From Zygnema circumcarinatum SAG 698-1b (lineage: Eukaryota; Plantae; Zygnematophyceae), in assembly GCA_037447605.1 (NCBI GenBank), contig CM074809.1, positions 362,689 to 426,688 of the forward strand: a stretch of DNA of 64,000 nucleotides, in the 5' to 3' direction. The number at the start of each line of letters is the position of its first letter. The stretch's first letter is position 1. Positions 1 to 11,637 of the stretch are shown in pieces. The notes below the pieces were generated by a model, which made no database searches, was not told where the DNA came from, and saw nothing but the letters and a program-made list of their open reading frames with translations. The translations under genes were made by a program, and so were the position numbers.

Positions 1-597
1 AGCCAATAATGTGCTAGTTCGGGGGAGGCAAGCTTCACTTCGCATGGCACTCGTGTTAATAGCTTCCTAGCTTTGTTCAAAGTGAACGAAGTAAGCGCCG
101 CAATCTTGTTTATGTACTGAAAAGAAACTTCGAGTGTGTGTCTCGAAAAGGGACCAGAATGATTATCCCAGTCAACTCGGTGTTGTACCGTAGCCAATGG
201 GTTTGCATTCATCCCCGGGCGTAAAGTGCTTAGTTCCCTTCGGTCACCCTTGTGGCCGTCACCCGCAATTCGCGCAATCGTGTGTGTGTTCCAACATGAG
301 AAATGTGTCCTCACGGCTAACTTCCGTTTCACCCCAATAAGGAGCTCCCTTTCCCGTATGTTCATTCGGTACTCGTGTAATTGAGGGGAAGATTCGCGAA
401 AACTTCTCTCGGAAGCCTTCCCTAATTCCACATAGGCTGTTGTACCTATTCGCGATAAATCGCTACACTTCCACGAAAGACTACCCTTCTCCGGTAGCTT
501 CACGCGACCCACGTAGAGGTGCGCCCGGAGGGGTTTATTGCACAAGGCTCCTGCAAGGTTAGATAAACCAGCGAATACCGGATGCTCAGCCCCGCAC
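1..597 (-). mobile_element. Group II intron in nad4, 5' portion (position equivalent to nad4i461); continues beyond the window start
   Basis: Coding similarity ends at ...CCA ATG TT, followed by GTGCGG, the group II 5' consensus GUGYG. The read-through PMLCGAEH resembles the land-plant nad4 exon 1/intron 1 boundary as I recall it. The insertion lies after nt 458 of this CDS, which equals 461 if the reference CDS is one codon longer. Confidence 0.9.
1..597 (-). CDS. Putative intron-encoded protein (maturase) N-terminal region, in frame with nad4 exon 1
   Basis: 199 consecutive stop-free codons continue the nad4 frame through the intron to position 1 (LCGAEHPVFAGLSNLAGALCNKPLRAHLYVGRVKLPEKG...EVKLASPELAHYW). 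No RT motif is reached inside the window. Confidence 0.65.
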
Positions 598-1055
598 AAC
601 ATTGGAATAAGAACACTTTCAAAAAACACGTAAAATAATAGCAAATCCAGCATACAAAACACAGCTATCATGAAGGATTCTAAAATCAAAAACGCTATTA
701 TGTATTCTTTCTTGTAATTTTGAATGGTAACCCAACCTACCAAAATGCAGATAGGTACCAAAAAGGTAGTCAAAATTACAAACAATAAAGAAATACCGTC
801 TAATCCAATGTAAAAATTGATATTAGAATAAGGAAGCCAGTTGATAGTTTCTACAAACTGAAAATTTGGAGTAGAATTATCAAATCGAATCCAAAACAAA
901 AGTGAATACACAAAAGTAATCAAAGTAATACAAAAGCCAACACTGCGTATTAGTCGTATTCTTGAAGCCGGAATAGCTAAAACGAGAATAGCTCCAAGTA
1001 AAGGCCATAAAATTAGAGCACTTAGGCCAGAAAACAAAGCACTAATAAATTGCAT
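598..1055 (-). CDS. nad4: Mitochondrial NADH dehydrogenase subunit 4, exon 1 (organellar sequence in a nuclear context)
   Basis: Manual translation from the ATG at 1055 gives MQFISALFSGLSALILWPLLGAILVLAIPASRIRLIRSVGFCITLITFVYSLLFWIRFDNSTPNFQFVETINWLPYSNINFYIGLDGISLLFVILTTFLVPICILVGW...EYIIAFLILESFMIAVFCMLDLLLFYVFFESVLIPM, the recognisable plant mitochondrial Nad4 N-terminus. It is 458 nt, AT-rich, with no stops or frameshifts. It is missing from the ORF track because the frame has no stop inside the window. Confidence 0.97.
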
Positions 1056-1076
1056 ATAGATGGTTGTGTTCCAAAT

Positions 1077-1078
<2 letters not shown>

Positions 1079-1114
<36 letters not shown>
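1079..1114. repeat. (GA)n microsatellite at the mitochondrial/nuclear junction
   Basis: Perfect GA run 1079-1107 followed by CGAGAGA; it lies only about 23 nt upstream of the nad4 ATG. Confidence 0.95.
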
Positions 1115-1368
1115 TTGCACAGTACACAGCGTTTGCAGGTGTACCAGGGTGCGCATAGCATAGAAGCACAAAGAGAGGCAGCCGCATTCTTTATAATGCC
1201 CGAAACAGGACTTGCACACTCGGAGCATCTTTAATCACTACATTTTGGTGACATTAATACAACAAAAATTTGAGATCTTGTAAAAGGAAAGCTACAGCAC
1301 ACAGTAGATACTCAATCCTCAATTTTTCGGCAGGTTAGGAGGCAATCAAATGGTTTCAGAATGATTGC

Positions 1369-4300
1369 CTGCAAGTTTGAAACTTGGCCTCCTGCCAATG
1401 AGGCAGGAGGGGCCAACCGGAGGTTGTGAGTGAGTTTGTACTCATCGGTTGGTCGTTCCATTCCTCCAGGGCGAACAATCTGCAATGTAAAAACATCCCT
1501 AATTGATTATCTTTTCTAGGAGGGATGCAAGACAGGCAGACATATCTGCAAGGTATCTGCAGTCATCAACCATATTCCCTGCAACGATGGTGAGAGAAGG
1601 GAAGAGAGCGAATGAGGGGGACAGGGAAAAAGTGGAGGCAGCAGAGTTTATGACGATGCTCCAAGCTGCATGAATTCTAGAAAGCAGACCAGTTTGCTTC
1701 AACTTGCAAGAAATGAGAAGTCTGCACTTACCATTTCTGGAAGCACAACAAGCACAACACATCACTCTAACACTCCCACACACTGATATGACATGCCTTC
1801 CAGGGCAAGCCATGTTTCCTCAAATCAATACTGGTGACTCAAGCTACATATGGAAGCTCACCGTAAATGCAATCCCGCTATTCTTCAGCTCTTTTTCCGC
1901 TTGTGCTTTCCAGATGAGCACCCCCCAAAAGAGGCTGCAAGCACGAAAACACGAAAGAAGGGGGTCGTCAATATGACTGCACTCCACAGGGTTTTTTTGT
2001 CTTCGTGTGTTTTCAAGGTGATGTCGCCCACTTGCAAGTCGCGAGCAAAAAAAAAGACATACATCCTACTTGGTGACAAATAAGCTTGGATATATACAGA
2101 GACTGAATAGTGGGGGTGTCAAGGGAGGGCGGGGGGGGCAGGAAATGGAAAGATGGAAGAGAAATGGGAACGAGAACAGAGAAAGAGCGGGAAAGGGGAA
2201 GAAGAGGAGGAAGGGGAGAAACTCCATCCTGCCGGATGGAGTGAAAAAAATGTGATCAACCAATATGAGAAAGACTGGCATGCAGTGTACAAACTGACTG
2301 TACATCTGACAATACAGGAACGTTCAATATACGAATATTATGTAATTCCCCCACAGCGTTACATTGGCAAGAAAACGCAGGCGACTGATGAGGAGGTGCA
2401 ATCTGAATTCTCATGCAGCCAATGTGAGAATGGGGCACGTACTTCAACAAAGACGCAGGGAATCCAAATTTCTCCGTTCCAAGCGACGAGACCAGCACAA
2501 ACTGGTTCACATCTAACTCCTTCGCTGTAGATGAAAAAACACAACGCCCATGTGAGAGTTTCCTAGTGGGCTTCCACCTACAAGTGTTACAGCCTATGCA
2601 TGTATAACCAGATTCGAGTGGATGCCCCACAATACAAATTTGTAAATACTGCACCCCCTAGAGATGTTTGAAGGAACGGAGCGAGAAAGTCGAATCGGCA
2701 TAAACAATCACGCGGTATTTTAGATCAGTGCCACGATTGAGAGTGGCACTTGCATTTTACAAGAAGCACGATTCATAGCCGGTCAACTAACAGGCACATT
2801 CTATCAAGCTTACAGAATTACCTGCTTTGATGAGGTTCTTTGTTGCTTGTCCATCGATGCGGTAAGGGCCAGTTATATTCAAGGCATCACTCTCACTTGC
2901 TCCGATTGTACAAACAACCTTCCCTGCTGCACCAATAGCCTCCTCCAGAGTTTCCGGATTCTCCAAATTAACCTCAATAATCTCTACTTGCTTGCGTTTC
3001 CCACCAAATAACTGCAACATAAACACAAGCTCAGGAGAATGTTTTAGATGAAGAACGAAGAAGGAAAAGCAAGCAGTTGAGACGTTTTCCAAACTATGCA
3101 ACTGCAGAGGCTAGCACTTGGGAAACCAAAACTGGGTTGGAACGACCAACAGAAGGACAGCAGTTTTATTTCAAACATTCACTCGTTTCGAATAACAGAT
3201 GGTACATGGACTCGGTCAAATCCCCTCAAATGTACTTCAAAATTTCCCAAGGAGTAAATTAATGGAAACAAAGCCAATTTCAGAGCCAGATTGCACATCA
3301 TATAGCCCTCCAACATTGGCAGCCAAACTTGGAAACTGGCTGGCAGAGTTACGCATAAAGAAGTGGAAGCCAAAAACAGCGAAACTAAAATTTGCATGAC
3401 AGAGAACAGTGAGGTCCTCGCCAAAGCACAATTACCTTCCCCAATAGTCCGCTCCCACTTGATCCCTCAATGACCTGTACGGTACAAGCAACAGTTAGAC
3501 TATTTGAGGATTGAAGCGAAGGAGGAACACTCTACTCGTGGTCAACTCGTGGATGGTATGCATTTCAACTGCCTCTCAGGACTTCCAGTATTGCGCTAGG
3601 CTACAACATGCATACAGTAGTGAACAGGAAGAAGCATGGTGCGTGCTGGCAAGGAGCAGGTGTGTTCCATACATCGGCAAACTCCGCCTCCGCCATTTCA
3701 GGATTCCGCGTACCGGCTCGCACCTTGAATCCCATCTTGACCAATTCTCTGCAAGAGTCAGACATACGAGAAGCCACCTCAGCCTGCAAACTTGACAGAT
3801 ATAAAATTGAGACAAAGCAACAATGAATCTGATTTTGTAAAACCAGCCAAGATTCATACAGAGACATTGTTCGGTAGTGATAACATCAAGGATACAGGAA
3901 GGCTGAGCCATGACTACACAGACGATGAATGTGACAGCAATTAGCTGAGTAAAATGTAAACCTTTCGTGACAGTGTAGAGCATGCGAGAAGACTGACTGA
4001 CTGCACACACCTGACAAGACGGGATCCAACTCGTCCTGTTGCTCCGGCCACAAAGACGAGACTGTCATCACGGGGCAGTTCTCGAGCCGGCCTATCATCA
4101 GCTCCACCAAAGAGAAGCTTCAGTGTTCCAGCTAGTTTCTGCGTCCCTCCCATTGACAGTTTCACCGTACCGCTGTTGCTCGGAGCCGGAGTATTCACTA
4201 CCTTACTCTCACCAGGCTTCTGTCGAAGTATACCTGAATACACCGATGCGGCCATTTAACCATCTCATATAGGGTTAGTCAACCAAGAGTTCACTCAGCA

Positions 4301-5220
4301 TGCTCAGACCTATTCTTAGCTAGTCGAGTGGAGGGCCATATCGTAGGCAGGAAAGGTACCAAAAAACGATAGAGGCCTAGTTGTTGATTTAACCCTAGAC
4401 ACCGGTTGCATCTCCAAAACCAGAGCTCCAATAGAAAACCTAATGCTTGGATGCCCTAACATACATCTTTCGATCTGAGGACGATGTGTTTGAACTTATC
4501 AGTCCCAAGACTCAAAAAGTGTATGTGCACGATTCAGAAACGTTAAAGGCAGGAGATAAAGGCATAGCTTATAAGAGGATATACAATTAAAGAAAAAAAA
4601 AGAACTGCTGTACATCTTCCAGACGGGGTTGGAGCTATTATAACCCTACTCCAACACGCAAAATGGTGGATATGCATTGAGTCAGGGTCGCTCCCGATTG
4701 AAAAGAGACCTTTCAAAACACCTACCGTTGATGTTGACGAGAAGGTAAGGATAGTAAAGAAATTTTACTATGGATTATTTGATCTGGATATGATATGTCA
4801 TTGTCAAGCAATGCAACAACAGCGCCTTTCCACTTTGACATATCGCATTAACCCTAATAACCCGTTTCATGATAAACTTCAAAACATCTTGACAGAAACA
4901 TCTGTGTGCACTCCGAGTCACCGATTCCAAGGTGCTAATGGTGGTTTTGCTGGACAAATCCTTCACTTCGCCTCATCAAATTTTCGGCCACTTTACTTTT
5001 GAACGAGCATCTCACCTCCAAGCTTGGCTGAAACAAGGACCGATCCTTGATTGCTTCTCAGACTCCTCGTCCTGCTCTTTCCTGCAACCTCCGCCAGCTT
5101 CACGTATCCACCATAGCTTGGCCTAGGCAACAGAGCTCCCTTCTTCGACTCCGCCCCAGCCAGCAGCAAGTCTCCTGCTCCCAGCCCTGCGTGGGCTCGC
5201 GCCATGGCGGGGCACGACAT
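1369..5220 (-). CDS. TIC62: Tic62-like plastid NAD(P)-binding Rossmann-fold protein, multi-exon, 3' end absent
   Basis: Exons: 5220-5016 (transit-peptide-like; start codon uncertain), 4233-4011 (VFVAGATGRVGSRLV), 3748-3673 (ELVKMGFKVRAGTRN), 3011-2822 (IGASESDALNITGPYRIDGQATKNLI), 2524-2443 (FVLVSSLGTEKFGFPA), 1934-1862 (LFWGVLIWKAQAEKEL), 1479-1369 (IVRPGGMERPTDEYK...GGQVSNLQ). The motifs match plant Tic62. Introns are GT-AG, with a probable GC donor after the last visible exon. Confidence 0.9.
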
Positions 5221-5472
5221 CGTGAGCAAGCTCCCTCAGGGGAGCCTTCCTGCCTCAGCTATGGCTGGCGCTCCTCCCCTTTCCCTTTCCTCCTGTCCCA
5301 GTGGATGCCAAACCTTGCAGCAACGAGCGAGAGCGAGAGTGAGAGCGAGAAAGGGAGAGGGGGAGAGAGGGAGAGAGAGAGGAAGATGGAGAGAGAGGCG
5401 GAGAGTGAGAGAGAGAGGGCGAGGACGCGTGGCCCCACAGCGCGCATCCATGCAAGATCGTTGCAGTCAGTG

Positions 5473-5560
5473 ATTGGTCCGTTCGGATAGGCTCGGACTT
5501 TGGGCCAATTGGAGCGCGCGACAGCTGCGGCCAGACGGCCCCGCAATGCGCCACGTGTCC
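5473..5560. promoter_or_regulatory. Candidate bidirectional promoter core between the Tic62-like and pTAC16-like genes
   Basis: ATTGG at 5473, palindromic CCAATTGG at 5505-5512 and G-box GCCACGTGTC at 5550-5559. These sit between GA-rich putative 5' UTRs of two divergent genes whose starts are about 725 bp apart. Confidence 0.55.
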
Positions 5561-5945
5561 CTGCTGCGCTCCAGGAGGCTGCAGCTTGCAAGAAGAGGGA
5601 GAGAGAGGGAGGGAAAGTGGAGGGAGAGGGTGAGGGAGAGGGTGAGGGAGAGGGAGATAGCCGCAAAGTGTTGTGGTGAGAGCGGTGGAACAGACGTTAT
5701 TGAAGGATTGAGCTGTCCTGTTGACTGAAGGAAGTTTTCAGGTGTGGCGCATTGTTGGAAACGAGCGCAGTTAGTTATTGAAGGAGGAGAGAGCGGTCGG
5801 CAAGGAAGGAGGAGCGGCGGAGTAGGAAGACAGGAAGTTCAAGTGAGGAGCTCAAACAGGCTGCATTGCTAGATACTTTAAGGTTAGAGATTTAAATCGG
5901 GATTTTTCGGCATCTAAAAGGGACCCGAGAGGTGGAACTGTGGCC

Positions 5946-8820
5946 ATGGCGAGTGCTACCGCGCATGCTATTCTGCCAAATGTGCACTGCTTGCGCCGGG
6001 AAGCTCTGCATGAGAGCAAGACCTCTACTGAATTTTCTAGCAGAGTAGCTCTTGGAGGTGCGGAAAGCTTGTCGAAGAGGCAGATCTCTTTCCAGAAACC
6101 TTGCGATCAAAAGTTTGCGCTGCACGTGCAAGCTGCAGGAAAGACTACGAAGTTTCAGACTCAAGCCTCGAAACCAAAGAAATCTGAAGAAGATGAAGCA
6201 AGTACTCGTCCAGCAATTAGCAGTTTTTTGGCTTTAAGGCCTCCCACCTTGACTGCTCTCCAGCTCTTTGGCCGGCGACAACTGGATTCCAACACGGTTT
6301 TTGTAACAGGGGGCAGTGGACTAACGGGAGCGCGCATTGCATTAGAGCTCTTGCATGAGGGATTTCGAGTGAGGGCGGGAGTCCCTGATTTACGCGAGGC
6401 GCAAGAGCTTGCACAAATTGCTTCTCAATATCAGGTATTTACAACAGAAATAAATAAGGAACGGCATTGTTATGATAAGTTCACTCAATGAAGTCAGAAT
6501 GAGGAAAAAGTTTGAGCGGATCGATTTAGAGTGCGAATCCTTTAAGCATGTACACTACCCAAATGATGAAAGTTACAAATGGACAGTTTGCATTTTCAGA
6601 CATTAAGATCGGTAATAGCTTGTCGAACTATAGTTACACTTGTGCTAGTCTTATGATTATAGTTGTAAGGATGACTAAAGATGTGTACGATGGATAACTT
6701 CTTACTCGTAGCTATGGTTGTTGCTGTGATATGGCGTACTGCGCAGCTAATCAGTGCGGAGGAAGCAAAGCGTCTGAATGTGGTGGAGTTCAACGTGAAT
6801 GATACAGAGCTAACGGCAAAAGCGATAGGCAATGCAGGAAAAGTGGTGGTCACTATTGGCCCCTGCGAGCTCGGACCTACAGGGAAGATCACAGTTAGCG
6901 ATGCTGCAAAAATATTCGAGGCAGCACAACTCGCTAAGATCAAAAGTTTTGTCCTCGTGTTGGAAGCTGGTGGCTTCGGATCGCTAGCTAAAGGACCAGA
7001 GGGCTTCTTTGCAAAGCTTTTGTCATTTCTCAACGTGTTCAAGAAGAAGGACGAGGTTTCTCTCTCGGAGTTGATTGAACGGATAGTTGATAGTGAAGTG
7101 GATTATACTCTGATACAGACGGGGGCCTCTGAAGGAGTTCTTGACTCCTATGGGGCCACACACAATATCGTGATTGGCCCGGAGGGAGCAGCGCTCGGGG
7201 GCAAGGTGTGGACAGAAGCCATTATGCTCGAAACGAAAGATGCCTTCCGAGTTTTCTGCTGCATATTTCTGACTAGTTGAAGCTTGTCCGACCTTTTGCA
7301 TGGTGGAGGTGCTGGGACTTCGTCTTTTCAAGATCTGTCAAAACATGACATGCATATGACTACTTTTTTGATTTTTAAAATTCCTGTTTTTTTCATTCAG
7401 ATTTCAAAACTTCAAGTTGCATCAGTTGTAGCAAATTCTCTCGCCAATCCTGCCGCCACGGAGAACAAGGTATAGTAGTAAAAACTATTTCCTGAAAGAA
7501 ACTTCTGAAGAATTCTGGTTTTCGTGGCACTGAACAGCATAACTAGCACTTGGTTAGGGTGGCCTCACCGCTAGCTTAGAATGATATTATGATGATGTGA
7601 CTTTTGACATACAGATCGATATGCAACTATTTCGCTATTTGTATGTTTGTGCTACCATTGTAAAGCAGCTTTAACGGTGAATGTGAGCTGCTTCTGACCT
7701 TGGAAAAGCTGGATTTTGGAAAAGCTGATTTCTGACAGAGTGGCTCTTGCCGTTGTTGTCAGATTTTTGAAATCTCCGCCAGCATGGATGCACCTGCAGT
7801 GCCTTTGGTGCAGCTTTTCAGGTATGCTTATCAATGTCTAGTCAATTTTACGTTCAGTGGCGTGTAAGCTTGCTATTCCAGGGCTCGTCTGAAGAGGAGC
7901 AAATGGAAGAGATATAATTTGTTTCACCTTGGGGCTTGAGCTTCGTACTACCATAGTCAGAAGTAAAACCTTGTAGCTGTTGAGCTGTTGATTGAAAAGC
8001 GTTCTTTCTCGTGTGCAGTACTGTAGAAGTAGATGGACGAAGAGCTGCAGCAGCAGAAGCAAAAGCATCAGCTGAAGCTGAAGAGAACGAACGACAGGTA
8101 CGGGCTCAGGCAGAAGAGGCTGCCAAGCTTGCCGTGGCAGAAGCTCGTGCTGCAGCAGAGGAAGCAGCTGCATTGGAAGCAGAGGCTCGCCAAGTTGCAG
8201 GTAAGAGTGCAAACGATTGATTACGTTAGAATGAGTTTTTTAGAGGAACGGGAAGTAGACTGGCTTCTTGTTATGTGGTGATAGTCGTTCGTTCAGAACT
8301 GGCGACAATATACCAAATCATCGCTCAGGTATTGCTCAGCCTTTGTGTAAATCTTGCAGCCGAGGAGGCCAAAGCAGCTACCCAGGCAGAGAAGGCGCTT
8401 GCAAAAGCAAAGGCGGTTTCTGCATCAGTCGAGGAGCTGACAACATCGTTAGCGCAAGTTGAAAAGGGGGCCGAGCCTGCCCCCAAAGCCAGTCTTCCAT
8501 CCTTCAACTTTGGAAACCTTGGAGCTAAGGTTCTCTCCTCTGTTCAGTCCGGTTTGGCAAAGGAGAGCGAAAACGGGAACGCACTCACCTCTGCAGAGCC
8601 TCCGGTAACTGCTGAGAAGCCTGCCCCTTCAGCTGCAGAACCCCCCACTGGGCTGAGAAAGCTGAGGCAGAGAGGTGAGAGGAGAAAAGCTGCCCCTCCC
8701 CCTCCTCCCCGTCCTGCTGCACCAGCAGCACCCTCCGCACCTGTAGAGAAGAGGAAACTGCTGGGAGTGTTTCAGCAGGAGACAACCTTTGTAGATGCCT
8801 CTGATGCCGGGGATTTCTAG
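5946..8820 (+). CDS. PTAC16: Plastid transcriptionally active 16-like NAD(P)-binding protein, 6 exons
   Basis: Exons 5946-6434, 6747-7205, 7401-7469, 7763-7821, 8019-8200 and 8360-8820, with compatible phases. Motifs TVFVTGGSGLTGARIALELLHEGFRVRAGVPDL, KAIGNAGKVVVTIG and the C-terminal GVFQQETTFVD match plant pTAC16. Confidence 0.92.
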
Positions 8821-9469
8821 AAGGTGAAAAATGATGGAGCATATTGGCTCGTTGGCCGATATCCGCCGCCAGCAGCAGGAAGTTGTGAGCTTCGAAAATT
8901 GACAGATTTTAGGCCTGTCTTCCAAGCCAAAGGAAGGGTGATTTGTAGCATCAAGAGAGTGCAAAATTTTGTTGAGTGAGTTTGTATAATGGAGGGCCTG
9001 GTTGTGGTCTCTCCCTCCCCCTCTATCTCCCCTTTTTTTAGGGTTTACTTTATCAAGATTTTGCTTCGATTGTTGTCACATTTTGAGGGGCGGCGCTTGG
9101 TCCTCTTCGTAGGTTGAAAAAAAAAAAATGTCGTAGTTCGGCTCCCTTCAACGTATGGTCATTTTGGTGCTTGTAGACCTTAATAGTGCTCAGGGTCGCA
9201 GGAAATACTCCGTCGTCAGTTATCAGGCACATGTAAAGAACAGTTTTATGAAGGATGATTTCTTCCTTGGTGGTCGGCTTTGTTGTAAGAAGCAACGTCT
9301 GTGGGAGGTTTCTCATTCAAGTTGAGACCAAAGCTGAAGATTGCAATGTTTTATTGTTACTGTTTTTTTCTTTTTGGATTACTTTGCTTTCCAGCAAGTG
9401 GTTTAAAAGTGGTTTGAAATCCTCATGGGTGGATGGCACAGAAAAGAACACTTTTTAAGACCAATTTCG

Positions 9470-9690
9470 TGTAGAACTGGGCCCTACTTCTCCCTCAGTT
9501 TCAGATTTTCCTTTCCTAGACAACTTCAGCAATCTCAATCATTCAGTGCACAGCACACTTATCCACAAAAGGCTTTATTCCAAAGTTGAACAGGAGCACA
9601 AGCATCCTATGCTTTCCCTCATAGCTCCGGTTAACTTTGGAATAAAGCCTTTAATCTGAAACTGAGGGACAAGTAGGGCCCAGTTCTACA
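9470..9690. mobile_element. 221-bp foldback / MITE-like element
   Basis: TGTAGAACTGGGCCCTACTTCTCCCTCAGTTTCAGATT (9470-9507) and its reverse complement (9653-9690) match at 37 of 38 positions, around a 145-bp spacer. No TSD is visible. Confidence 0.7.
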
Positions 9691-10137
9691 TTCCGATCGA
9701 AATGACCATGCGAAACAAAAATAATCAAGGAACTGACACGAAATTTAACCGAACACCATCCATCATAAGCAATGAAACAAGACCAGAAGATGAATCTGCA
9801 ATCCAACAGACCTGCACTAAAACTAAACTTCTTCTTTTTAAACCGAAAGGAACTAGAGTAACCACCAAAGCGAAAAGGAGACTTAGTTGGTACAATAAGT
9901 CCACTTTCGGGCTTCACTTCCTGCGGAAAGGAGAGGGAGTCTTCCCCCTCCCCTCCCCTCCCCTCCCCTCTNNNNNNNNNNCCCCTCCCCGCAGGTCGCG
10001 TCCCAGCCCCATGGGTGGCCTCCCTCGGTTCCATCAGGGCCAATTTTGCTGACATGACGCCGACGTGGCTGTCACTTCTGCGATATGTGCCACGTCACAT
10101 GTTAAGTTCCACAACGCATAATCCCGGTTCCCACTTT

Positions 10138-10500
10138 GGGTGGGTTTCCATCAGCGTTTTTTCGCCGACGTGGAGGTACAGGCGTAGTTTTGGAGGATGA
10201 TGTGGCGCCGTCGTGGAGCCGACTAGGACCGACGTGGAGGTACAGGCGTAGTTCCCCAGAACTCACCTCAGGGTGGGTTTCCATCAGCCCGTTTCGTAAC
10301 GAGCTCGTTACGGGCCACGTAGGACGCCGTTTTGCAGATAAAAAGCCGAGTTCCATCAAAACGCCGTTTTCCAATCAGCGATCGCCACGTGTACGATATG
10401 AAGCGTCCGCCGTGGCCCACCGCGGTTACCGCACGCGCGTCGCTGCCGACAGTTTTTTAGGGTTTGCAGGAAGCGACGGCCGCCGCCACTACAGCCGCCA
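10138..10500 (+). repeat. GC-rich dispersed repeat family, copy 1 (terminal motif GGGTGGGTTTCCATCAGC)
   Basis: The motif occurs at 10138 and about 10272. The blocks CAGGCGTAGTTCCCYAGAACYCACCTC and CCGTGGCCCACCGCGGTTACCG are shared, in reverse orientation, with 18000-18473. Confidence 0.75.
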
Positions 10501-11498
10501 CCTCCGCTCCCTTCTCTTCCCTCCTCCCCTGCCTTTCGCAACAACGCCATTCGCGGCGTTTGCCTCGCAATTCACCAGCATTAAATATTATTGTTGTGGT
10601 GGAAGTTGTGGAAAGGACATGTGACAACATACGTCTCTCTTTTCGTTTTTTTCCTTCTCCAAAATGCAAGCATAAAAAAATGAAAAGAATGAGAATGAAA
10701 GCAAAAATCTGACAGTGAAAATTTGCCAATCACGTACTCAAATTAATTAAACAAAAAGAATAATAATAATTACAATCCTAATCAATTGCTTCTAAAGCGC
10801 GGAGGAGCGGTGACACAACCATTAGACCTTCACCACAGAGTGCGATCTCCTTCCTCCCTTTAATAGAAAATCTCCATCGGTGCGAGAAGTAAAGGGAGAG
10901 CCCCCCCCTCTCCCGGCATGCTCCAGAGCCGTCTCCAAACCCTAATCCTAAGGCGAGAATGGGAAGAGAGGCCCCTCGGTGCTCATCCCTGTCTGTTTTA
11001 GGGTTAGCATCGGAGCCCTGCGCTCCGCAGCCCTTCCTCTTGTAACGAGCTTTCACGTCGTTTTGGCTGACTGGCTCATGGAATGCTCGTTGTTTGTTCT
11101 GAGGATCTTGGGCTTCTCCTCGCGGTTTTTCACAATAGTCGGCAGCCATGGCTGCACCTTGGGAAGCTTCCTCGGCGCTGAAGCGACCTGGGACCACGAC
11201 CGGTGGTCACCGAGCGTTGACGGCTTCCAGCCAGCGTGGCAGTCGCACGCTGGCGGATCTTTGGTAGCCACGTGGCGGCACGCGAATGGTCGTAATGGCG
11301 TTACACCACCTCCGGAGCAGCATTCTGTGCACCGGCTGCAGCGAGGCTCCCCCCCTCCCCACCGTCGATCGCCACGATCGGAATTGCTGCAGCTTCCCGC
11401 CCCCCGGCCGCCCACCCGCCCTGCAGCGTCCTCCCAGGTACGGCGCAGCGCCCGAGCGTTCGACGCCGGCCGAGCGCGCGGTCACCGCGGTGCCGATT

Positions 11499-11577
11499 GC
11501 CACGTAGATGCCACGGTGGCGCCACGTCTGCCACGTCGATTCCACGTCTACATGTCCATCCACGTCGGCGCCACGTC
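11499..11577 (-). repeat. Array of CCACGT (ACGTGG, G-box/ABRE-like) motifs
   Basis: Seven (G/T)CCACG(T) units, several spaced 11 bp apart. Confidence 0.7.
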
Positions 11578-11637
11578 ATTTACAACCACTGAAATTGAAC
11601 TTCGGGTGTGCTCGCCGCCGCTTGCCCACCGCCCATT

